The position numbers and the translations under genes are program-made. Shown here in pieces: positions 53,201 through 64,000 of a stretch of 64,000 bases of DNA. Numbering within the stretch: the stretch's first letter is position 1; every line of letters begins with the position of its first letter. The notes under the pieces are model-generated. The model did not search any database. It saw only the letters and a program-made list of their open reading frames with translations, and was not told where the DNA came from. The DNA comes from Macrostomum lignano (lineage: Eukaryota). The stretch is from positions 434,001 to 498,000 of the forward strand of contig NIVC01000085.1 of the NCBI GenBank assembly GCA_002269645.1. Direction: 5' to 3'.

Positions 53201-56200
53201 TGAATTGTCCACCAACAGGGGAATTCCTCTGAATTGTCCACCAACAGGGGAATTTCCCTGAATTGTCCATCAACAGGAGAATTTCTCTAAATTTTCCACC
53301 AACAGGAGAATTTCCCTGAATTGTCCATCAACAGGGGAATTCCCCTGAATTGTCCACCAACAGGGGAATTCCTCTGAATTGTCCACCAACAGGGGAATTT
53401 CCCTGAATTGTCCATCAACAGGGGAATTCCCCTAAATTGTCCACCAACAAGGGAATTCCCCTAAATTGTCCTCCAACAGGGGAATTCCCCTGAATTGTCC
53501 ACCAACATGGGAATCCCCCTGAGTTTTTTCACGAACAGGGGAATTCCCCTGAGTTTTCCACGAACAGGGAATTCCCCTGAGTTTTTCACGAACAGGGAAT
53601 TCCCCTGAGTTTTCCACGAACAGGGGAATTCCCCTGAGTTTTCCACGAACAGGGAATTCTCCTGAGTTTTTCAGGAACAGGGAATTCCCCTTGAGTTTTT
53701 CCACGAACAGGGAATTCCCCTGAGTTTTTCACGAACAGGGAATTCTCCTTGAGTTTTTCCACGAACAGGGAATTCCCCTGAGTTTTTCACGAACAGGGAA
53801 TTCCCCTGAGTTTTCCACGAACAGGGAATTCCCCTGAGTTTTCCACGAACAGGGAATTCTCTTAAATTGTCCACCAGTGGGCCCGGGATTTCCCTGAACT
53901 GTCCACCAACAAGGGATTTCTATTAATTGTCTACTAACATGGGGATTCCTCTAGATTGTCTTGTGACGGGGAATTCCCTTGAACTTTCCACCCACAAAGA
54001 ATAAAAAAGTTCGAACTGGGAATTTCCCCAAATAGCCCATCAACAAGAGATTCTACAAACATCCGGTGTCCAACAGATGATTCAGTGTCCTTCAAATTGT
54101 CCGTGAACAGGGGAATCGCGATTTCCCAAAGCAACAGGAGGCCTCACCGTCCTCTCTCCCGGCGCCGCCGCCGCCGCTCTGCAGGCAGCCCTGGTTGCAG
54201 AGGCCGGTCAGTTCGTCGTGCAGCTGCCCGAAAGCCGGCCGCCGCTCCGGCTCCCACAGCCAGCAGAGCCGCATGAGCTGGTAGACAGAGTCCGGACAGC
54301 CGGGTGGCTTGTCCATGCGGTAGCCGCTCTCTAGCAGCTGGTACACCTGGGGAGCGGGAGGCAGTGAAATTGATTAAATTAATGTGGGATAAAATCCCTT
54401 TTATCAATTATATCCAACATATTTTAAGCATAAATGAGTTCTCTGTTCTGATCCAACAGGACTCCGATTCTAAATCATGTATCTACTAAACTCCAAATCC
54501 TGAATCTTAGCCCTAATGTTATCCCACACCCTGAAGATAAATATCCCACACCCTGAAGATAAATATCCCACACCCTGAAGATAAATATCCCACACCCTGA
54601 AGATAATAACCCACACCCTGAAGATATTGTAAATATCCCACACCTTAAAGATAAATAACCCACACCCTGAAGATAAACATCCCACACCCTGAAGATAAAC
54701 AACCCACATCCTGAAGATAAACATCCCACATCCTGAAGATAAACATCCCACACCCTGAAGATAAACATCCCACACCCTGAAGATAAACAACCCACATCCT
54801 GAAGATAAACATCCCACACCCTGAAGATAAACATCCCACACCCTGAAGATAAACAACCCACATCCTGAAGATAAACATCCCACATCCTGAAGATAAACAT
54901 CCCACATCCTGAAGATAGATTATATTTCAACACAGTAGAAAAGAATCCCAAATAGCCAATTTACTCGCCTGAGTCAGCTCAATATTGGGGTACGGCGAAC
55001 AACCATACGTAGCAATCTCCCATAGCAACACACCGAAAGACCAAACATCTGATTGGCTATTGAACCGATTATAAGCCAGACTCTCTGGCGCTGTCCACTT
55101 GATGGGGAATTTCGCGCCCCGTCTAGCAACATAGACATCTGAGTCGCCTTCCAGACAGCGGGTGAGGCCGAAGTCAGCCACCTTCACCACGGAGCCGTCG
55201 CTGACCAGGCAGTTGCGGGCGGCCAGGTCGCGATGAACAAACCGGTGCTGCTCCAGATAGGCCATGCCGCTGGCCACTTGGCTGGCCATGTAGAGCAGCA
55301 CAAAGGGCCGGAGTTCGAGTCGGCGATTTCTTAGAAAGTCTAACAGATTGCCGTGCGGCATGAACTCGGCGATGATGTAGTAGGGAGCTTCTCTGGTGCA
55401 CACGCCTGCGGGGCGGTGGAATGTGGGTCAGTAGTGGGTCAGTGTGTCAGTCAGTGGGTCGGTCAGTCAGTTTACTCACCAAAAAGCTGTACCAGATTCT
55501 CGTGATGCAGCCGTTTCATCACTTGAGCCTCGGCTAAGAATTCGTTCACCTTGGAGATCATTTCCTCCTGTGCGGTTTGAAGACAGGAAAAAAAAGAACG
55601 ATAATTTTTTGTTTAATTTCAAAATTTCTAAAGGCTATGAATAAATTTTCAGAAACAAGCGCAGGAGGGAAGCCGAAAACGGAAGCGGAAAGGGGATGAG
55701 CGGGAGCGGAAGAGAGGAATGGAAGTGGGGACTGAAGTGGATGCAGAAGTGGGGGCGGAAGAGGGGCGGAAGTGGGGGCGGAAGAGGGGCGGAAGTGGGG
55801 GCGGAAGAGGCCAGCGGAAGAGAACAGTGGTAAAAAGGGAGCGGAAGAATAGAGCGAAAGAGGGGAGCGGAAAATGGGGTGGAGGGGAGCGGAACAGAGA
55901 GCGGAAGAAGGGAGCGGAAAATGGGGTGGAGGGGAGCGGAACAGAGAGCGGAAGAGGGGAGCGGAAAATGGGGTGGAGGGGAGCGGAACAGAGAGCGGAA
56001 GAAGGGAGCGGAAAATGGGGTGGAGGGGAGCGGAACAGAGAGCGGAAGAGGGGAGCGGAAAATGGGGTGGAGGGGAGCGGAACAGAGAGCGGAAGAAGGG
56101 AGCGGAAAATGGGGTGGAGGGGAGCGGAAAATGGGGTGGAGGGGAGCGGAACAGAGAGCGGAAGAAGGGAGCGGAAAATGGGGTGGAGGGGAGCGGAAAA

Positions 56201-59200
56201 TGGGGTGGAGGGGAGCGGAACAGAGAGCGGAAGAAGGGAGCGGAAAATGGGGTGGAGGGGAGCGGAAAATGGGGTGGAGGGAGCGGAACAGAGAGCGGAA
56301 GAAGGGAGCGGAAAATGGGGTGGAGGGGAGCGGAAAATGGGGTGGAGGGGAGCGGAACAGAGAGCGGAAGAAGGGAGCGGAAAATGGGGTGGAGGGGAGC
56401 GGAACAGAGAGCGGAAGAAGGGAGCGGAAAATGGGGTGGAGGGGAGCGGAACAGAGAGCGGAAGAAGGGAGCGGAAAATGGGGTGGAGGGGAGCGGAACA
56501 GAGAGCGGAAGAAGGGAGCAGAAAATGGGGTGGAGGGGAGCGGAACAGAGAGCGGAAGAAGGGAGCGGAAAATGGGGTGGAGGGGAGCGGAAAATGGGGT
56601 GGAGGGGAGCGGAACAGAGAGCGGAAGAAGGGAGCGGAAAATGGGGTGGAGGGTAGCGGAACAGAGAGCGGAAGAAGGGAGCGGAAAATGGGGTGGAGGG
56701 GAGCGGAACAGAGAGCGGAAGAGGGGAGCGGAAAATGGGGTGGAGGGGAGCGGAACAGAGAGCGGAAGAAGGGAGCGGAAAATGGGGTGGAGGGTAGCGG
56801 AACAGAGAGCGGAAGAAGGGAGCGGAAAATGGGGTGGAGGGGAGCGGAACAGAGAGCGGAAGAAGGGAGCGGAAAATGGGGCGGAAGAGCGGAGCGAAAG
56901 AGAGGACGGAAGAGTGAGAGTTTTCAGTAAAAAAAATTATTCTAAAATAGGAAAAACACACACACACACCCACACGATCAAGTACGGCTGGTTGGCACTA
57001 ACCATGGCTAACTAACATCAAGATTTAGCTAGAAGGCGGGGAAGGCATCAGAGAGATCAGAGAGTTTACAAGGCTAACAACTGCAGCAGTAAACAGAAGT
57101 GCATACAGAATTTCATACGGACCAATGGATAGATAAGAGAAGAGAGACAGTATTGGATATTATGGATTTCAATAGATCATAAAATAAAAAATCAAATCTG
57201 GAGTTAAACTTCAGCAGTAGTTTAGTTGACGAACGAAATTATAGCCAGAATTTAGTTCGCAGTCCTTGAATTATATTGCTAAGCCTTCACAGTGCGGCAT
57301 ATACTCGTAGATAAACATATCTATATAATCTGGCCGGGTGGTGCTGGAATGATGAAGAAAGACCTGCGGAGACTGGGGTATGGGAATTCTTTGGCTGGGG
57401 TAGGAAGAGATGGGAGGGTTGTGGGGGTGAAAGTTCTGCCCCTGGTGAGTCATTGGTTGGCCCCAACACACTCACTCTCTCCCCCATCCCCTGTTTGACC
57501 CTTCAGGCCACAGTCTGTCAAAATGCGTTGCACTTGACAAGCATTAAAATAAAATATTATTATTAATGATTATCAGGCTTTATTGGCACTTTAGCACTAA
57601 GATGGAATTGGGCGATTCTTAAGCTGGTATTGGGCGATTTTATCAGCTGGTATTGGGCGATTTTATTAGCTGGTATTAAGCGACGCTTTCAGCTGGTATT
57701 GAGCGATTTTATTAGCTGGTATTGGGCGATTTTATCAGCTGGTATTGGGCGATTCTTAAGCTGATATTGGGCGATTTTTTCAGTTGGTATTGGACGATTT
57801 TATCAGCTGCTATTGGGCGATTTTATCGGTTGGTATTGGGCGATTCTTAAGCTGGTATTGGGCGATTTTAATAGCTGGTATTGGACGATTTTATCAGCTG
57901 ATATTGGGCGATTTTATCAGCTGGTATTGGGCCATTTTATCAGCTGGTATTGGGCCATTTTATCAGCTGGTATTGGGCCATTTTATCAGCTGGTATTGGG
58001 CGATTTGATCAGCTGGTATTGGGCCATTTTATCAGCTGGTATTGGGCCATTTTATCAGCTGGTATTGGGCGATTTTATCAGCTGGTATTGGGCGATTTTA
58101 TCAGCTGGTATTGGGCGATTTTATCAGCTGGTATTGGGCCATTTTATCAGCTGGTATTGGGCGATTTTTATCTAAACTAAAAATCGTGCAAGATGATTTT
58201 CAAACCAAAAAACTCGCCAAACTCACGCGGACAGTTTTCACAGCAACCATCTGGTTGCCCCAGCGCTTCCACACGGCCTGATAAACGTCTCCATACTGCC
58301 CGGCTCCCAGCTTGTTGTGCAGCACCAGCTCTGTGCGGTCCACCTCCCACAGGTCCTCAGGCTGGCAGCCGCGTGCAGCGGACCTGTGTTGCCGCTTCGG
58401 CGCCGGGTACAGCAGGGCACACATGAGACCGTCAGGCCGTTGAGAGTGATGCTGCACCAGCTGACACACGGTGGGGAAGGCGTGCTCGGAGATGACGAAA
58501 TAGATTGGATCGCCGTTTGGGCCTTCAGCTCGGCTGATTCGATAGTGAAATACCTGCGGCCGGTGGGGAGGGGGTGAGAGTGAGAAATCTGAATTTGTAG
58601 CGGGTATATGAAGTGGTGTGTTAAGTGTGAGAGTAGTTGCCATTGCCACGGTAACCAGGTGGCTTCAAAGAAAATAGTCGTAAATACTGTCACAATAGAC
58701 GGTCACTGAGAGAGAGAACGGTCACTAAAAGAGAAAGAACGGTCACTAATAGAGAAAGAACGGTCACTAATAGAGAAAGAATGGTCACTAATAGAGAAAG
58801 AATGGTCAATAAGAGAGAAATAACGGTCACTAATAGAGAAAGAATGGTCACTAAGAGAGAAATAACGGTCACTAATAGAAAAAGAACGGTCACTAATAGA
58901 GAAATAACGGTCAATAAGAGAGAAATAACGGTCACTAATAGAGAAAGAATGGTCACGAAGAGAGAAATAACGGTCACTAAAAGCAAAAGAACGGTCACTA
59001 ATAGAGAAAGAACGGTCAATAAGAGAGAAAGAGCGGTCACTAAAAGCAAAAGAACGGTCACTAATAGAGAAAGAACTGTCACTAATAGAGAAAGAATGGT
59101 CACTAAGAGAGAAATAACGGTCACTAATAGAGAAAGAACTGTCACTAATAGAGAAAGAACTGTCACTAATAGAGAGAGAACGGTCACTAATAGAGAAATA

Positions 59201-59881
59201 ACGGTCACTAAAAGCAAAAGAATGGGCACTAAGAGAAAACGGTCACAAAGGGAGGGAGAAAGAACCGTTACTAAAAGAGCCGGTTACAAAACACGGTCAG
59301 AACAGCAAGACACCACAACGGCAACATTCACAGTCCCAAGTGACCACGCCATCTTACAACTGAACCCCTCACCCCAAAAGGCCTCACCTTGCTATTATAT
59401 CGCACACTGATGCTCATCTGACCGGGCTCAGACTCGCTGTCCCTCACCAGGTAGCTACCATTGATACCAGAGCTCAGCAGGTACTCAGCCCGTCGCCTGC
59501 TCACTTGGCCGTGATACCAGGCGAACAAGTTGAGATTCCTAGGCGGAGCAACATAGCTTGAAGGCACCCAGCCCCGGCAACCGCTAACCGGATTGTCCAC
59601 CTCCATCCAGTGGCCAACCGAGCTGTTTAGGCCGCGAAATTTCAATTGTTCACCTCGGCGGATGCTTAACTGAGTCGGCTTAGTAGCGGTGAAGTCGTAC
59701 AGGGCTACAAGAGGCTCGCCTTCGCACAGGCTACCGGGAGGATAGGGAGCCGCTTGAGCTAGCATTGAGTCTGAGGACTGAACTGATTGCTGCTGTTGCA
59801 GTTTGTGTTGTTGTTGTTGCTGTAGTGGTGAGCCACTTGGTGCAGCACCAATTGCGGTGGCCGCATTTGCTGACCAGCCAT
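49795..59881 (-). CDS. abl: Abl-family non-receptor tyrosine kinase (SH3-SH2-kinase, long low-complexity tail with polyQ, probable F-actin-binding C-terminus); 5' coding exon not firmly located
   Basis: Exons 59388-59881 (ALYDF...GWVPSSY; WYHG...[18 protein letters not shown]), 58227-58553 (DGL...[10 protein letters not shown]...VAVKT), 55480-55567 ([10 protein letters not shown]), 54969-55405 ([48 protein letters not shown]), 54148-54346, 52510-52680, 51546-51851 and 49795-51062. Phases are compatible throughout; one GC-AG intron. Confidence 0.96.
51095..51355. repeat. 13-bp repeat (ATTATATTCTATG) in Abl intron
   Basis: Tandem units. Confidence 0.93.
52803..54030. repeat. 29-bp minisatellite (CCACCAACAGGGGAATTTCCCTGAATTGT) in Abl intron, containing consensus kB motifs
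   Basis: About 40 units; roughly 25-28 match GGGRNWYYCC by eye. Confidence 0.95.
54523..54915. repeat. 22-bp minisatellite (CCCACACCCTGAAGATAAACAT) in Abl intron
   Basis: Tandem units. Confidence 0.95.
55680..56910. repeat. Purine-rich composite minisatellite (GGGGAGCGGAACAGAGAGCGGAAGAAGGGAGCGGAAAATGGGGTGGA) in Abl intron
   Basis: Tandem modular units; near-pure purine strand. Confidence 0.95.
57605..58170. repeat. 23-bp minisatellite (CTGGTATTGGGCGATTTTATCAG) in Abl intron
   Basis: Tandem units. Confidence 0.95.
58700..59245. repeat. 21-bp minisatellite (GGTCACTAATAGAGAAAGAAC) in Abl intron
   Basis: Tandem units. Confidence 0.95.
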
Positions 59882-62800
59882 CTAGAGAGTTGATTTGATA
59901 TATTTTTTCATGTAGCTTTTGCCTACTTTGTAGCTTTTTAGGTCGGGAAACATGGTGGCATATTGGAAGTACAGACATAAAAAAAAATAAAAATTTTAAT
60001 GTCCATCATACTATAACTTGTATTGATTGCATTGTAGGTAAAAGTAATAATAAAAAACATTTTCAATCATGTACCAAATAGTACAAACTAAGAATGTGAC
60101 AAGCTTTTTCAAAATGATTTTCTTTTAAAAGTTATTTATTTTGAAATAAATAACTCTCATACAAAGTTGTCATTAAGATAGTTTTTATGCCATATTCATG
60201 GATTGCTACCATTCAGTGTCAGTCACATTAGCAAAAAGACACTTTAGCAAAAGCCAAACTTATATATTAGAATTTGAAATTGTACTTGGTGTAAACAAAA
60301 AGACCATTTGCTGCACATGTGTGATGATTTTTACATGTAAATGGCTATTAATGCCACATTTGTTTGTGACATGACTCTAATAGTAGACAAAGTAGCCTGG
60401 TAGATTTGACAAGTTTTACTGCACAAGATTTTCTAGTTTGAATGTGCAAACTTAAAACTGTGACACTGTCCCCAATTTACATTGGTGTCAAGTACCAATG
60501 AACAAACCAAAGATCTAAGTGACCCAGCCTCACTTGCTTTACAAATGAATAGAAAACAGAAAATTGAACTGTTTTGAGGCTATACACAATAATTACTTGT
60601 TCATTTAAACAAATATAGCATCTAAAATGTTTATACAATATGATACTTATATACATTTATAATACACAAAGAAATAGCCCAAGAAAAACTTAAGTATTTA
60701 AACAACAAAGGGCGAATATGCAATTTCTGCAAATTTTATACAAATATGACAAATTAACATGATTTTGTTGGTCAATTATTTATGAGGTTCTCATTTGTAA
60801 ACCCCTTTGGCCAAAATGACTAATAATATCTAACTTTTGCCATTGTGTCCTTCACCACATTTTTTTCTACCAAAATGACAATATCCCTTATGATCCCCCT
60901 TCTCCCTAGTCCATTATGCCAAGCATGCAACATAGGCAGTTTAGGCCTAAGCCTCTAGTAAGTCAGGTATAAGTGATAAAAAATTTTTAATTTACCCCCT
61001 GACATAAATTTCAGTGTCAAGATCATATACTAGTGTATGCCAAAATGAAATTTACTTTCCTAGCTCCAGTATGCCAATGTATGCCAACACATTGCACAAA
61101 AAATATGCCAAAGAAAAAAATGAAAAAATGACAATCAAAATTTTAGGTTTGTGAATTTTTTATCTTAGCAAAAAAGATAAATAAAAACTAATTTCACTAA
61201 ACCAAACCATAATGAATTAGTTTATTTTAATTATTTCTATTTTACTTTTAACTTCCTAGAAAAGTTAAACATAATTTTTTAAATAAATTTTTCTGTTAAT
61301 CTTTGGGAGCTATTATTATTTTATTAAAATTTAGCTACTTTAACTATGCATGTCAAATTAAAACTTGGCCATTTTTGTACGCTAATTATATTACATTGGT
61401 TGGGACTTAGAACTTTGTCCTATCTGCTGTCTTGGCAATCTCTATGATTATATATCAAGCTATATACCAGGGGTATATTAGGTAATGTAAGTTTTGTTTG
61501 TATCTAAAATCATAAAATCTACAATATAAAATCTGTCATTGGATTGTCTGTTGTTAGATCATCTTGTTACTAGATTGACTAGAAGCTAAAGTATAGTTTT
61601 TAATTTTATATATATAAAAATTTCTTTTTATAATGGCTAGTATCTTTTTTAATAAAAACGGTATATTATGGCATATTTCTAGCATAATTTAGGGTGACAC
61701 AACAATCTAATATAATAATGTGTCTGATTATAAAACTGGGTAGTGTGCTTTCCTTTTCTTTTCCTTTTCCTTTAGTGAAAAAAAGAATGCATCAATTTAA
61801 TGCAGTTTCCCATTTTTTAAATTCCTTAAAACAATAATGCAATATCATCATTATAATAAAACAAGCTATTGAAACCTGTGTATTTTGAACTGCTAAATTC
61901 TAATCCTTAGAAGAATGTTTGTATATGTTCTATTAAAAATAAATAATGTTTATTATCACCAGATTGTCTGTCTAGATCATCCTATTGCTAGATTGACTGG
62001 ATACTTGTCAGGCCCCCTTATATGCCAATAATGTATGCCAGGCATTGCCAGATCCTTTGGTATACCAAGAAATTTTTAGCAAATTTCTATCTAGAATATT
62101 CTAGCATACATGTATGAGTGTTGGAAACATATCAACTTTTTTGTCAACTGCTTAGCTATATAGTAAATTCATTAAGTAGGGGTAGTAAATTATTTAACAT
62201 AGTATATTATATATAGCTATTTTACTTCACAAAAATAATAGATTCAAAAAACCAATGAATCAAGTTATGTTATTGTAGTATTGTTTTTTAGGTATCCATA
62301 AGACATGACAATTGTCATCAATTATCAATCATGACAATTATGATAATTCTCACCTTTACTGTCACTATATCAGTAGATAATTTATTGCTGCAAAATCTTT
62401 GCACTAGATTGACTAGATAAGAGACAACAATGCACACTAGTCAGTAGTCTACCATGTACAAATATAATAAAATACAATATACAATAAAATTGAAAAAACA
62501 AAAAAAAACAATTTTCTATGTGAACATCATACCATAAGTTGTAAGATCCCAATCTTGATCAATTTCAATTTGAACAAGTTTTAATAAATTTAACTCAACC
62601 AAAAACTATAAATTAATTTTTACATACATACAAATTAAGACTTTATTGCTTTTGCTTTGGTTTGCATCTCTTACTTCTAGGCCTACTTTATTAGACTGCA
62701 TATCAATTATGAGCTATGCAAATAGTACATGGTCATTTTATCTACTATCCTTTTGTCTACCAAAAGACAAAATGAATTTTCAAACATAAGCAGCAAAATA

Positions 62801-64000
62801 GGTTTTATAAATGGCCAGAAGTAATCTATGGTTTATTTTTAAAAATTTCAATTTGCAAGTAATTTTTAGATTTAGAATTAGATATAATATTTGTATTTTT
62901 TATTTTGTTTATTGCAATGTTTCTAAGAAATATCATTTCCTCCTTTGTTAATTTAGCTATAGGTATTCTTTTATAAAGTAACATGTGCACTCTTACATAT
63001 ACTTGTGCTTCTTTAAATTGAATATATTTAATTTTTTATATTGTCCAATACAAAATAAATGAATTCTAATAAATAATAATTCTAACTAGGCCTAGGCTAA
63101 CTGTTTTTGAGCTTTGAAGCTTTGAGACAGTTAGAGATAGATAATATGGGGTCATATGAGATCATGACAAAAATGCATTGGTTTTTGTTCCATTGCAAAA
63201 TTTATTAAATACAAACTAACCCTATTGGAATAAATGTTAAAAACCCGCGGATGCACGCTTTAGAAAAGAGTCAAACTATTTTACCACGCTTTAGGATTAT
63301 TAGAGATGTTCTGAAAGATCTGCAGCTTCGTCGAAATCAAAATTCGCTAACTTTTCAAAATCAAAATTGAAATTTCCCAAAATCATAATTCAGAAAAACA
63401 AAGTTTAGTATGATCAACACTCACTTTTTTACTTTCAATTTACTGCTTAAGCAAAAAGTAATACATGTATATGTTGTAGAAAGTAGTTTATTTTTAGCGA
63501 CTTTTTAGACACTACCAAAATTTTCACTTCTAAATTTTTTTTGAAATTGAAATTTGCTCTAAAAAATTTCAAATTTTGGAAAATTGACATTGAATTTTTG
63601 GAACATCTCTAAGCTTAATAAATTACAAGTGTATAAGCCCCTTCAACAGAGGTATTATACCCATTTCCATGTATATGTATTTGCTAGAGCAGCAGCCAGT
63701 AAGAAAGGGCAGCGCGTGCGACGCAGGCACTGTGCCTGTGCGCACACTGCACTTTAGAAAAATTTCAAAAGTGCGCCGGACACCGTCCGTGGTTTTACAA
63801 CTTTTTCCTATAGGGCAAACTAAAATATTCAGAAATTACTCATTAAAGTAATTATTACTAACAAATGATATTGATATCTTAATCATTGTTATCTTAATCA
63901 CTATCTCAAATTAATGACAACTGACATTTGGCCATTTTACACTTATTAAAGTATATTACTATTTATGGCAGACAAAACAACTATTATATTCTTATAGACA

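Noticed and set aside
55680-56910. Many GGAAAA (NFAT core) motifs in the purine-rich Abl intron repeat
   Set aside because: Expected from the base composition of a G/A-only repeat.
60000-63600. Short degenerate repeats (CTAGATTGACT at ~61570, ~61990, ~62405; TATGCCAA blocks) in AT-rich DNA
   Set aside because: Too short and degraded to define an element; no ORF, TIR or TSD found.

Overview
Eukaryotic (animal, invertebrate-like) genomic DNA with spliceosomal introns and very dense minisatellites. All seven host genes lie head-to-tail on the minus strand. They are an Abl tyrosine kinase gene (about 49.8-59.9 kb) followed by a tandem array of six divergent Rel-homology-domain (NF-kB/Rel-like) genes, here called A-F (46.4 kb to <1). 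I reconstructed their exons by hand. A-E share one 7-exon plan with identical intron phases (2,1,1,1,0,1) and give intact 323-385 aa proteins: RHD, IPT, basic NLS and a short tail, with no ankyrin repeats. F follows the same plan but runs off the window. Intron 1 of gene E holds an apparently complete 10.3-kb EnSpm/CACTA-type DNA transposon (6074-16350). It has 13-bp TIRs, a 3-bp AGG TSD and kilobase inverted subterminal arrays. It encodes a DDE transposase, a BEN-domain protein and an unknown Zn-finger/tail-anchor ORF, and carries a recurring GAGCC-N4-GGCTC palindrome. Other content: a 1.66-kb TIR element, a solo-LTR-like insert, two tRNA-derived SINEs and about 27 tandem repeat arrays, one of them an array of consensus kB sites inside Abl. 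Most long ORFs in the supplied track are repeat artefacts. All homology calls come from motif recognition by eye; no database searches were run, and the species cannot be determined from the window.
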